Origin: a virus | Direction: 5' to 3' (one strand) | DNA length: 64,000 bases | Virus record (IMG/VR): IMGVR_UViG_3300028829_005098 | Location: 51,416 to 115,415 of that record | Shown here: piece by piece, positions 32,109 to 41,062 of the stretch | Layout of the letters: each line of letters starts with the position of its first letter | Position numbering within the stretch: the first letter of the stretch is position 1 | Position numbers and translations under genes: made by a program | The notes under the pieces: generated by a model | Databases searched by the model: none | What the model saw: the letters and a program-made list of their open reading frames with translations, nothing else | What the model was told of the DNA's origin: nothing

Positions 32109-32567
32109 TTATACGTCCACTGTTAAATTAAGTTCTTGTGTTGAATTTGGAATGTTAATAACTGAAAAGACTAATTCTACTTCTACAGTATATGGATTAT
32201 TTCTATCCTCTTCTGTATATGCTTCGGGTCGTTTTATATTTACTTCGTCTATTACTATTTCAGGCATCCACATTTCTGTTGTTTCTATTATTGTATCTTC
32301 AAGTGCAACATCAGATAATTCAGTTGTACTTGGTTCAAATAAAACTGCTTTTAAATCACTTCCGTAGGTTGGCATCATGGGTCGTTCACCCTTTGCGGTT
32401 AACAACAACATTTTTAAGTTTGTTTTTACCTTTTCCAAATCTGTGTATATCTGCGAAAAATATCCATACTCATTATCACGACCATACGGAATCCTAATCC
32501 CCAAAGGAACTTTTTTCCCTTGGACTATACTATCCGTTGACGGTCGTGGTGGTATTCTATTTTTCAC
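32109..32567 (-). CDS. baseplate wedge / sheath initiator (T4 gp25-like)
   Basis: VKTNLKMLLLTAKGERPMMPTYGSDL...LFEP...WMPEI. Confidence 0.9.
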   Translation of the reverse strand: MKNRIPPRPSTDSIVQGKKVPLGIRIPYGRDNEYGYFSQIYTDLEKVKTNLKMLLLTAKGERPMMPTYGSDLKAVLFEPSTTELSDVALEDTIIETTEMWMPEIVIDEVNIKRPEAYTEEDRNNPYTVEVELVFSVINIPNSTQELNLTVDV

Positions 32568-32569
32568 TT

Positions 32570-32968
32570 TTACGCATTACCCTTTTTCTTATCTACCGCA
32601 GTTAATAATTCTGAATAATCACGTGTTAATGCTCGTGATAGTGATTCCGGTAATTCAGATGTTGATACTTCATTTCCGTTGAAATCCTTTATTGTATTTG
32701 GATCGTGTTTTTCGTGAGGTACACCTCCTGTTGTTTCATTAAGTATTTTATTAAATACTTCGTTTTTTGAGTATCTTTTTTGAGGTTTGTTTGTTTTACT
32801 TGCGGTTAATACCTTTTTAGTAATTTCAATTGGATCGTCAGTTTTTGATTCCACAATATTACTCTTTGAAGGTTTTACATTAAGTTCACTAAGAATGTTT
32901 GGCAATGTTGCTTTCAATTCTAACTTAACTGCTTCTCGTATTATTTTAATTAACTCTTGCTTTTTCAT
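32570..32968 (-). CDS. phage hypothetical protein, possible processed virion protein
   Basis: MKKQELIKIIREAV N-terminus; IVES and ILNET I/L-x-E motifs. Confidence 0.6.
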   Translation of the reverse strand: MKKQELIKIIREAVKLELKATLPNILSELNVKPSKSNIVESKTDDPIEITKKVLTASKTNKPQKRYSKNEVFNKILNETTGGVPHEKHDPNTIKDFNGNEVSTSELPESLSRALTRDYSELLTAVDKKKGNA

Positions 32969-32993
32969 TTTAATTTCTTTCTACATATATATA

Positions 32994-35900
32994 TTATCCA
33001 TCTATAAATACTCTGCTACTTAATAATGTTGGTAGTCTTGCTCGTAATCCTGATAATTGTCCTTGTTGAGCAGGTGATGAGGTTGTAATATAAGGGTCGT
33101 TATGAACATGACCCGATAACCACCCACACAATCCACTTAACCACCCAACTGCTACATCTCCTTTTAAAACAGGATGTCTTGTTGTAACATAAGCACCTAA
33201 GTGTATAGTGGGTGATATAACCGATGTATGTACCTGTGTTTGTGTTACTATTCTCTGCAAGGCATCAAGTGTTATTTCATCATCTGTTGCTATTCCATAT
33301 TTACCTTTTGCGAATGTTACAAATTCTCCTGACTTGGATGAAATAATAACTCTTTCTGAATTTATTATTATTTGATTTCCGTCTAGTTTTGGAAGTTGTT
33401 TACCGAACATTAGACCTCCTGCACTTCCAATGACTTCTTCCTCAACTGCATCCATTTCATTGTTGAATGTAGTTTTCTTAACATTTTTTGCTTCAGCAAG
33501 TGAATCTTCAACTGCCTTTGCATCTTTTAACATTTCTAAATCAACTGGTGCCAAACAAGCAACCGCATTTAAGTCTGCTCCTGCAATTGGTGTTCCTGCT
33601 AATGATGCGGCTGTTATTTCTGCTCCGTTGTGTATTGATTTAACAGAACTTGGATTTTGGGGTGCAGCCCGTGTATTGTCCGATGCACTTGGTCTTATGT
33701 TTGAAGAACTTGATTTAATGTTACTAGAAGCAGATGCTGGTGGAGGATTATTTGTGTTATTTGGTTGCGTTCCACTTGATGATGAACCACCTCCACTTGT
33801 TGGTGTAGAGTTGGATGGTGTACTACTACTTGTCGTTGATGCACTTGGTTGTGAGGAAGAAAAACTTGGCATTGAACCACTTCCCCCACTTGAAGAAGTA
33901 ATACTTGCATTTGCACTTGCGTTCGCACTTGCACCACTTGAAGTAGAACCAACGGATGTAGAACCACCAATTCTACCAACAGTAGATGCCGCCGCAGTTC
34001 CTCCTGCAGTAGCACTTGATGCTCCTGAGTTGAATTGGACACCTTTATTGAAAGAGTTATATTTTATGTCACCTAAGTCACGTGATGTGGTAACCGATGC
34101 AACACTTGCACCACCAAAATTGAATCCCGATGCAAATGGACTTGCATCTTTGTTTCTAAATAATCCAGTGAGTGGATCAAATCCCATTGTTGCAACTTCA
34201 TCATTTCCTTTTTTAAGAGAAAGTCCCATAGAACCAAAAGAAGCACCCGCAGCCTTAAGTTGTGCTTTTTCTTCTTCCGTAATAATAGATGTGTATTGCT
34301 GGTCAAAGTCTTTATCGTTTTTGGTAAATGCTCCGAGTATTCCTTTTTCCGAAAAATTATCACCTATTGCTTTTACTTGATCTTTTGCAGAAGATGCAGA
34401 TGGATCAAGAAATTTAGTTGCTTCACCTTTAAGTGTATCAGTTAATGTTGATCCATACTCTACTTGATTCACCCAATCACACAAATCAAAAGTAAGTTTA
34501 TCAAGATTGAAAGCAAACATAGCACCAAAATCAAATCCAAAATCAAATTTTAAATTTCTAAGTCTTTCAAATATTGCCATTAGTAAAGCAAGTAACTCAA
34601 GATTTATTCCAAACGAAAGCATCCAACCAAGTTGCTCTTCGGTATCTGAGCCAAATTCTTTTTTCTTTTTTGCCGTGGCACAAATACTTTTTACACCAAA
34701 TGATGCAAGTTTAAATAACTTAAACATTGAACTATCTTCAGAGTTTATTCCCAAGTCATCAAATCCATCTACACCAATTCCAAGTGAATTAGCTGCCGAC
34801 AATGCTCGTCCTGCTTTTGTTTTTTTGAATAAATGATTCTTACCAGCACTTTTTCCTTTTTTAAGTGCTTTCGTTAAACCACTTTCATATACAGAGTTTA
34901 ATGAAAAATTACCTGTACCGACCCCCTTTAAAAATTTACTTTTTCCAGTTTGTGAGTTTATAGAAGAACCTACTGCAGCCGCACCTGTTACTCCCGCACC
35001 ACCCGACATACCTGCTCCACCACCCGTGGAAACCCCCTCCACGTTTACAATTTTTGAAGTATTTGCCATTCCCATTTTGCCAAAACGATTACCCACCTCC
35101 ATACCGTCACTCGGACCTATTGCAGTTCCAAAACTTGCTCCTAGTGATCCGGCATAGTCTCCTTTGGATGCGTGTTTTGCGGCTGCTCCTGGTCCTGGTT
35201 GGTATATGCCTCCACCTGCACCCCCACTTGACGCAGAAATTCCTCCGGCTACTGATGATGCAGCTCCTGCTACTGCCATTCCTGTTTGAGCTGCGTTGTA
35301 GGCAGCCATGGGTCCTGCTAATTGACTTTGAACATATGCTTTTCCAGCTGACTCTGCTACTTTCATGCCTGCCTTTGCTACTGCACCTGTCGTATTTGCA
35401 GCTGCACTAACACTATCTGTTATTTGACCCCCGGCAGATTGTGCTACTTTACTTAACCCTTTAAAGTTTTTTGGTGCTTTCTTTTTCGGAGCACCACCCC
35501 CTCCACCTGTTCCACCTAATGTTGGAACAAATTTAGATACAGTTTTTCCACTTGTGATGTGAATGGATGAACCGTCTAAATTAATATCTTCCAAGACGGT
35601 GTGGGAATATATGCGTTCGTTTCCTTTTTTTGGACACGGACGATTTCTAATTAAAATCATTGGATTACCCAAGTTACCACTATAATCCTCTCCGTTTCCT
35701 TTGCTTGTTCCTGCGTCTATGGATGGATTATCTTCATAGCAACTAAAACGTATACTATTTCCAATTCTACTTTCTATTATTGTATCACCCTCAAAATGAC
35801 GAAGTGGTCTGATTTTATTGTTTGCTTTAAAATACTTTCCAAGGTATTGACCAAACTCGTTTGATGCAGGACTTATTACAGATGGATTTTTAGCACCTTT

Positions 35901-36413
35901 TAAATTTGGGCAGTTTTTAGGAGATAGTTTATTTCCAGCACCATATCTTGGTTCTGTTCTAAAATCTGCGGAGTTATTTAAAAAGTTTCTTGAATTTATT
36001 CTCCGAGTATAATAAATGTTATTAATGTATTTAACAATTACTACATTTTCATTTACCAATGGATATTCTTTAATTCCTGTTTCAAGTGGAAGAATCCATG
36101 ATAGTTCAAGCATAGGAGATTTGTTTTGACTAAATATACCTCTTGCCTTGATTCTTCCAATCCAAGAATAATCTATGTCACCTTCATTATTGTACCCTTC
36201 AGGCCACTCATCAGATTTTACTTTAGGACAAAGTTCTTTATCTGAAAATATTGGATGTTTTTCATCACGAATAACATCAAGAACCACCGCAGGTTCTAGT
36301 TCATAGAATTGTACAGTATCAGGTGTAGAAGAAAAAAGTTTTCTTTGTGTAACTAGTTGGTTTGTGCCGAGTTCTTTAGTTACGGATTTTTTTGTAAACT
36401 TGGTATATGCCAT
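32994..36413 (-). CDS. baseplate hub / central spike (gp5/VgrG-like) with a large Gly/Ala/Ser-rich insertion
   Basis: N-terminal YPLVNENVVIV..GDTIIESRIGNSIRF; C-terminal GNQIIINSERVII..IHLG..PVLKGD..HVH; next to the gp25-like gene. Confidence 0.7.
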   Translation of the reverse strand: MAYTKFTKKSVTKELGTNQLVTQRKLFSSTPDTVQFYELEPAVVLDVIRDEKHPIFSDKELCPKVKSDEWPEGYNNEGDIDYSWIGRIKARGIFSQNKSPMLELSWILPLETGIKEYPLVNENVVIVKYINNIYYTRRINSRNFLNNSADFRTEPRYGAGNKLSPKNCPNLKGAKNPSVISPASNEFGQYLGKYFKANNKIRPLRHFEGDTIIESRIGNSIRFSCYEDNPSIDAGTSKGNGEDYSGNLGNPMILIRNRPCPKKGNERIYSHTVLEDINLDGSSIHITSGKTVSKFVPTLGGTGGGGGAPKKKAPKNFKGLSKVAQSAGGQITDSVSAAANTTGAVAKAGMKVAESAGKAYVQSQLAGPMAAYNAAQTGMAVAGAASSVAGGISASSGGAGGGIYQPGPGAAAKHASKGDYAGSLGASFGTAIGPSDGMEVGNRFGKMGMANTSKIVNVEGVSTGGGAGMSGGAGVTGAAAVGSSINSQTGKSKFLKGVGTGNFSLNSVYESGLTKALKKGKSAGKNHLFKKTKAGRALSAANSLGIGVDGFDDLGINSEDSSMFKLFKLASFGVKSICATAKKKKEFGSDTEEQLGWMLSFGINLELLALLMAIFERLRNLKFDFGFDFGAMFAFNLDKLTFDLCDWVNQVEYGSTLTDTLKGEATKFLDPSASSAKDQVKAIGDNFSEKGILGAFTKNDKDFDQQYTSIITEEEKAQLKAAGASFGSMGLSLKKGNDEVATMGFDPLTGLFRNKDASPFASGFNFGGASVASVTTSRDLGDIKYNSFNKGVQFNSGASSATAGGTAAASTVGRIGGSTSVGSTSSGASANASANASITSSSGGSGSMPSFSSSQPSASTTSSSTPSNSTPTSGGGSSSSGTQPNNTNNPPPASASSNIKSSSSNIRPSASDNTRAAPQNPSSVKSIHNGAEITAASLAGTPIAGADLNAVACLAPVDLEMLKDAKAVEDSLAEAKNVKKTTFNNEMDAVEEEVIGSAGGLMFGKQLPKLDGNQIIINSERVIISSKSGEFVTFAKGKYGIATDDEITLDALQRIVTQTQVHTSVISPTIHLGAYVTTRHPVLKGDVAVGWLSGLCGWLSGHVHNDPYITTSSPAQQGQLSGLRARLPTLLSSRVFIDG

Positions 36414-36415
36414 TA

Positions 36416-36817
36416 TTACTTCTCATCAATTTTTTCACTTAGTTGCTTATCTATTGCATTATTTTGAACTTCAATATCATTAAGTTCTTTTTTTACATTA
36501 TTAAGCAATTCTTCTTTTTCGGCATCAGTTAGTCCATAGCCACCACCTGAGTCTTCCGATGAATTTGAAGTACCTGCTATAAATCTTTGTAGCACCGCAG
36601 ACAATTTAACAAGTTGATCGTCATTTTTTACTCCTACATCAATATAGTCTTTTATCATAGGTGCAATAACAGTTGCAGAACCTACATCCTTAACCATTTC
36701 TCTCAAATCCTTAATAAGTTGATTAATTTGGTCTTTCTTGTGATTAGAATTAAAATAAATATCTTTTATAAGAGACGAGAATGTTTTTCCCTTGAAAATT
36801 TCTGTATCATTTTCCAT
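36416..36817 (-). CDS. helical hypothetical protein
   Basis: 133-aa ORF with ATATTTAT (36822-36829) immediately upstream. Confidence 0.65.
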   Translation of the reverse strand: MENDTEIFKGKTFSSLIKDIYFNSNHKKDQINQLIKDLREMVKDVGSATVIAPMIKDYIDVGVKNDDQLVKLSAVLQRFIAGTSNSSEDSGGGYGLTDAEKEELLNNVKKELNDIEVQNNAIDKQLSEKIDEK

Positions 36818-36859
36818 AAATATAAATATAAATGTATATATTTTTTATAGAATAATAGT

Positions 36860-37639
36860 TTAATCTGCTTTAATATATCCTGTAGTTAAGTAGTCTTTTG
36901 TAATTTGACTCTGTATATCTTTCATTTTGTTTACTACTTTCGTAATACTCTGTGTCTTACAACTAGTCATTTCACGAATATATAGGTACAATGCTTTTTT
37001 ATTAAAGTTTTCAATACTATCACATCTACGAAATATTTCAACTACCGCAGCTGCGATTTGTAATTCTTGTGGTTTTTTGAATATCTTTTCTAGATTATTA
37101 TCATAATAGTTAATCATCAATCTTACAAACTCACTTAATTCTTTTTTCTGATTTTCGTTTTTCGGATTAACTGTTAATTCTTTTTTCTCGTATATAATTT
37201 CGTCATCATCAACACTTGTATGTCGTTTGAATTTCTTATAATTTCCGTTGTTATATAAAATTAAAAAGTTCTTTGCAATAATACTAAAGTATGAAAATGC
37301 CTTTCCGTTGCCCTGTCGATATTTGTGTATATTGCTAACTAAATTACTAACTACTTCTTGTTGAACTTCTTCGTGACTACATTGAAAATAAGAAAACTTA
37401 AATGTATTTAGAATGTTTTCCGCAAGTTTATCAAACGGATAACTTATTCTTTCATTGTAGATATTGTTCCTGAAATGAACATCTTCGGAATTGTTATATT
37501 CGACAATTGCATCTTCTGTGTCCTGTGAAAAATAAATTTTATCACTACTAGTTTTTTTCTTACGACGTCTACGTTTTATTACCTTTTTTTCAGTTTTTTC
37601 AACAACTCCCCTTTTTTTTTCTTTTTTTTCATTAGTCAT
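36860..37639 (-). CDS. phage RNA polymerase sigma factor (T4 gp55-like late sigma)
   Basis: YFSQDTEDAIVEYN..KLAENI..EVQQEVVSNL..KY..GKAFSYFSIIAKNFLI resembles sigma region 2. Confidence 0.7.
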   Translation of the reverse strand: MTNEKKEKKRGVVEKTEKKVIKRRRRKKKTSSDKIYFSQDTEDAIVEYNNSEDVHFRNNIYNERISYPFDKLAENILNTFKFSYFQCSHEEVQQEVVSNLVSNIHKYRQGNGKAFSYFSIIAKNFLILYNNGNYKKFKRHTSVDDDEIIYEKKELTVNPKNENQKKELSEFVRLMINYYDNNLEKIFKKPQELQIAAAVVEIFRRCDSIENFNKKALYLYIREMTSCKTQSITKVVNKMKDIQSQITKDYLTTGYIKAD

Positions 37640-37892
37640 CCGATTGTTCTACCTTTTCATTTAATTCTGTGATTAACTCTGTTATTTCTTCAAATGTCGT
37701 ACCAACTTCATCATCTTTTTCAAACATTTGTTTAGAGTCTATATCTTTCCACCCATTTCGTATTCTATTTAATGAATATAATATATCAGATATCCATGCT
37801 TCATAATTTGAAAGTTTTGTGAATAAATTCCAAATAATAAAAGAGCAAACACATAGCAATGTGCCTAAAAAAATACTTATATACATATACAT
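37632..37892 (-). CDS. small membrane-anchored coiled-coil protein
   Basis: N-terminal TM helix; FEKDDEVGTTF; SD-like GAGGG. Confidence 0.65.
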   Translation of the reverse strand: MYMYISIFLGTLLCVCSFIIWNLFTKLSNYEAWISDILYSLNRIRNGWKDIDSKQMFEKDDEVGTTFEEITELITELNEKVEQSDD

Positions 37893-37902
37893 ATTCCCTC
37901 TA

Positions 37903-37930
37903 AGTAAACATTAAATTTAAAAAATGTCAA
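37903..37930 (-). promoter_or_regulatory. possible sigma70-type promoter for the sigma-factor operon
   Basis: TTGACA at 37930-37925, then TTTACT after 16 nt. Confidence 0.4.
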
Positions 37931-37943
37931 TAATTTAATATTT

Positions 37944-38575
37944 TTAATTACTTTTTTCGTCTTTGTTTGTGGGTATATTACCAAGTGTACTGTTTGGGAT
38001 ATATCCGTTTGAGTTTTTGTATATTTTATTTACAAAATATTTATTATGAGCATCCATTGAACTTTTTTTCCAAGGAACATAATAAGGTCCTTTTGGTTCA
38101 AATATAGGGTCATCATCTTCACTATGCAATGGTGTTGAAATAACATTATCGTCCTCCAAGTTTCTTTTTACAGTTTTTGGAGTCGGGTTTGGTGTGGGGG
38201 TCGGTGTTGGAGTTTCCTCGGGTGTAGGAGTCGGTGTAGGTGCGGGGGTCGGTGTTGGAGTTTCCTCGGGTGTAGGAGTTGGAGTAGGAGTTGGGGTTGG
38301 AGTTTCCTCGGGTGTAGGAGTCGGTGTGGGGGTTGGGGTTTCTTCAGGTGTTGGGGTTGGAGTTTCCTCGGGTGTAGGAGTCGGTGTAGGAGTTGGGGGG
38401 GTGTAGGAGTCGGTGTAGGAGTTGGGGTTGGAGTTTCCTCGGGTGTAGGAGTTGGGGTAGGTGTTGGGGTTGGAGTTTCCCCGGGTGTTGGAGTTGGGGT
38501 GGGAGTTTTTATATCGTCTATAAAGTCACCCTCTCTTTGAAATCTATCGGCAAACGGAAGGTCGTCTATCCAGTT
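37944..38575 (-). other. start-less coding extension (PT/PEE repeats plus C-terminal tail) reachable by -1 shift(s) from the 363-aa membrane protein
   Basis: The -1 frame after A10 reads [35 protein letters not shown]...; after a second break at C7 (38395-38401) it continues ...TPEETP...[16 protein letters not shown]... to the stop at 37944. Confidence 0.75.
38175..38507. repeat. degenerate tandem repeat encoding (TP)nEE
   Basis: Unit ggagtttcctcgggtgtaggagt recurs several times with synonymous variation. Confidence 0.9.
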
Positions 38576-39657
38576 TTTTTTTTCGGCATCTCGTAGTCCC
38601 TTGTGATTTTTCCACCTATCATAATATTATATGCAAGTACAAGTGCAACTGCAACCGGATCAAAAACAAGAACAATTACAATAATAAACCACTTAACTAC
38701 CGTATCTACTTCTGAGTTAAATGACTTTGCTATAAATTTAAAACTGCCAATATCAGTTGCACGAATAGATTCTTTTTCTTCTAGAATTTTGGATTGATTT
38801 TCTTTTATTTTGTTATAATGTTTTTCTATAATTGGTCCTGTATTTACTTCTTTTGTTGTATCTCGCAATCCATTTACTTTTTCTACAAAAATGTCGTATT
38901 CTTTTTGTATTTCAGTATCAAGTCTTGTAATAGTTTCTTTATATGACTTGGATGCAGTTTCTTCTTCTTCCGTCAGAGTTTTTAATGATGATGTAATCGA
39001 GTCTCTTTCAGTTTTTTGCAATTCAAGTAATTCTGCTACTTTCTTTTTTGTGTCAACAAAGAAACTATTCTTTGCTTCAAGGTCACTTTTTGCTTTATCT
39101 AAAACTTCCAATCTATTTAACAATTGTTGACGTCTGTTCATCATATTTTCTGTGTCAGACTTTCGTCTTTCCGATAAACTTTCCTGTCTCTTTCTTCTAT
39201 CGTCAACAAAATCATCGTATATTTTTTGAAATCCTGCTATTGTATCTTCTTTTCTATTATCAACTTTGTCGGAAGTATTTTTAAGTGTAGAAATTTCTTC
39301 TTCTATTATTACTATCTCTTTGTTAAGTTGGTCTATACTTGCCTCGTGCATTTCTACCCGTGAACGAGTATCATCATACGCATCACTTAAAAAACCATAA
39401 ATACCAAGTGATGTAATTCCCACTAAAACTATAACAGATATAGTAGAATACCATTTTAGCATTCTTGGAATTCTGTCCCAATATCTATATAAGAAGGATG
39501 TCATTGCAAGTTTACCTGCCTCAAGTACACCTGCCATTACCATAGCAGCGATTGATGCACCTGCAAACAATAAACCTATACCTCTTACAGAGAAGAAAGC
39601 AGCTGTTCCTGCTACTGCTAATGCGAGTCCACCTATTATCGCAGTAAATAACTTCAT
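38566..39657 (-). CDS. membrane protein: 3 N-terminal TM helices, long coiled coil, C-terminal TM helix
   Basis: AAFFSVRGIGLLFAG..LEAGKL..FLYRYW..TSLGIYGFLS; WFIIVIVLVFDPVAVALVLA; ends PKKKTG at an A10 run. Confidence 0.8.
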   Translation of the reverse strand: MKLFTAIIGGLALAVAGTAAFFSVRGIGLLFAGASIAAMVMAGVLEAGKLAMTSFLYRYWDRIPRMLKWYSTISVIVLVGITSLGIYGFLSDAYDDTRSRVEMHEASIDQLNKEIVIIEEEISTLKNTSDKVDNRKEDTIAGFQKIYDDFVDDRRKRQESLSERRKSDTENMMNRRQQLLNRLEVLDKAKSDLEAKNSFFVDTKKKVAELLELQKTERDSITSSLKTLTEEEETASKSYKETITRLDTEIQKEYDIFVEKVNGLRDTTKEVNTGPIIEKHYNKIKENQSKILEEKESIRATDIGSFKFIAKSFNSEVDTVVKWFIIVIVLVFDPVAVALVLAYNIMIGGKITRDYEMPKKKTG

Positions 39658-39699
39658 ATCTATATATATCTCCTCAAAATTTATTTAGTATTTCATTAT

Positions 39700-39707
39700 A
39701 TAAATAT
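39700..39707 (-). promoter_or_regulatory. putative late promoter motif ATATTTAT
   Basis: Directly after the hsp20 terminator, upstream of the membrane protein (SD GAGGAG). Confidence 0.55.
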
Positions 39708-39717
39708 ATTATAATAC

Positions 39718-39742
39718 AAAAAAGGGAGCATTTCTGCTCCCT
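39718..39742 (-). terminator. rho-independent terminator of hsp20
   Basis: AGGGAGCA-GAAA-TGCTCCCT followed by a T run on the minus strand. Confidence 0.85.
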
Positions 39743-39772
39743 AATTGATTTTTAAAAGAAATATATATACAC

Positions 39773-40267
39773 TTAGAGTATCTTAACTTTCTTTGCCTTT
39801 GTTTCTATCACTTCTCGTTTTGGAATTGTAACATTAAGAATTCCGTTATCGAATTTTGCGGAAATATTATTTACATCTAGGGTAGAATCATCCACTCTAA
39901 ATGATCGTTTAAATGAAGATCTTTTAAGTTCCTTGTAAACATACTTTACACCAGGTTCTTCAATATCAAACTTTTTATCTCCTGAAATCGTAAGCATTCC
40001 ATCTTCATATTCAACCGATACATCTTCTTTTCCAAGTCCAGCAATTTCCGCCTCAATTCTAACATCATTTTTAGTATCTGCAACATTTACTCTTGGATAT
40101 GAACTATTTCCGAAGAAGTTTACTCCAAATTCTTGACTAAAACTTGGAAATGCTTGATTTACTACTTTGTCAAACAGAGAATCGAATGGTACTAAGAATT
40201 CGTCTCTAAGATTTGGAACGTGTTTATTTAGTCCTGTTCCGTTGGACTTATAATTATATTTTTTCAT
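39773..40267 (-). CDS. hsp20: small heat shock protein (Hsp20/alpha-crystallin)
   Basis: YPRVNVAD..IEAEIAGLGKEDVSV..LTISG..SFKRSF..AKFDNGILNVTIPK. ATG 40267 with SD AAGGA preferred over track start 40333. Confidence 0.95.
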   Translation of the reverse strand: MKKYNYKSNGTGLNKHVPNLRDEFLVPFDSLFDKVVNQAFPSFSQEFGVNFFGNSSYPRVNVADTKNDVRIEAEIAGLGKEDVSVEYEDGMLTISGDKKFDIEEPGVKYVYKELKRSSFKRSFRVDDSTLDVNNISAKFDNGILNVTIPKREVIETKAKKVKIL

Positions 40268-40289
40268 TGTATTTTCCTTTGTTTTGGTT

Positions 40290-40336
40290 ACGAACCCCGA
40301 TTGGGCATTCGTGAGTGACCCGATAGGCATCACTCA
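40290..40336 (-). promoter_or_regulatory. twin-hairpin cis-regulatory RNA in the hsp20 5' UTR
   Basis: GAGTGA-TGCC-TATC-GGG-TCACTC followed directly by ACGAA-TGCCC-AATC-GGGG-TTCGT. Confidence 0.7.
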
Positions 40337-40340
40337 TATT

Positions 40341-40348
40341 ATAAATAT
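40341..40348 (-). promoter_or_regulatory. putative late promoter motif ATATTTAT
   Basis: Ends 4 nt before the first hsp20 leader hairpin. Confidence 0.55.
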
Positions 40349-40368
40349 AATTGAATATGTAAATATTA

Positions 40369-41034
40369 CTAAATTAAATCTTTTGTTTTTAGAAATTCAG
40401 TATATTCAAGTGTAGTTGCCATGTGGTCTGCCCAATGAACTATTTTTGGGAGAAGTGTTTTTAACTCACCCCCCAATCTAAATGACTTTAGATAAAACTC
40501 ATTTGACTCATCATACATTCCATCCGACAACTTGATTCCTAAGAATTCTTTTTGAGTAATTTTTACATCAAAGTCTTGTAGTAGAAATAATGCTCTATCC
40601 GTTACCGTCATGCTTTGAATTTCAGGATTTATTTTAAACATTGATCCTTGGTTCTTTCTATGCCAGTCAGACTCTTCTACATTATAGTATTCACCATCTA
40701 AATCACCTAGTTTGCCTAAGTCATGGTTTAATGCACAAAATAATAACTCATCTTCTGTGAAGTCTACTTCACCTCCGAGTTTGTTGAATAAAAGAACCAT
40801 TCCCTTTGCAGTACGACATACATTCATAACATGGTCAATATACCCACCTGAGTAAGCATTGTGGTATTGGACTTTTCCACTTGCAGGTGCAACTAATGCT
40901 CTTAGACCTAGACACCCATCGTCTGTTCCGTACATATGGAGAAGTTTCTCCTTTCGTTCTCCTGAGAACGTATTTTCAATAAATTCTAAAAATCTAGTAT
41001 AATTTTCTTCTAATTGGGACTCTGTATAATTCAT
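40369..41034 (-). CDS. HD-domain phosphohydrolase (YhaM-like)
   Basis: APAS...YHNAYSGGYIDHVMNV...ALNHDLGK...VHWAD. Confidence 0.85.
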   Translation of the reverse strand: MNYTESQLEENYTRFLEFIENTFSGERKEKLLHMYGTDDGCLGLRALVAPASGKVQYHNAYSGGYIDHVMNVCRTAKGMVLLFNKLGGEVDFTEDELLFCALNHDLGKLGDLDGEYYNVEESDWHRKNQGSMFKINPEIQSMTVTDRALFLLQDFDVKITQKEFLGIKLSDGMYDESNEFYLKSFRLGGELKTLLPKIVHWADHMATTLEYTEFLKTKDLI

Positions 41035-41062
41035 AATCCCTTATTTTATATATAATATATTT

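Noticed and set aside
33430-34380. 316-aa plus-strand ORF and other short opposite-strand ORFs in the track
   Set aside because: They lie antisense to convincing long genes and have no motifs; expected shadows of codon bias.
37612-37629. A8/A9 runs at the start of the sigma gene as a slippage switch
   Set aside because: The ORF is intact and the runs encode a Lys-rich N-terminus; no evident alternative product.
37944-38159. 71-aa ORF as an independent gene
   Set aside because: TTG start without SD, and the frame is open upstream through the PT repeat. Better explained as the end of the frameshift extension.
38175-38507. GT-rich repeats as a CRISPR array, or the plus-strand GVGVGV ORFs as genes
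   Set aside because: No unique spacers; variation is at synonymous positions of a minus-strand (TP)nEE frame. The plus-strand ORFs are antisense shadows.
38566-38568. TAG read-through or alternative genetic code
   Set aside because: Reading through gives another in-frame TAG 16 codons later and never enters the PT frame. TAG, TGA and TAA all end well-formed genes elsewhere.
40268-40333. 22-aa N-terminal extension of Hsp20 given by the ORF track
   Set aside because: The region forms two hairpins, and a good SD precedes ATG 40267.
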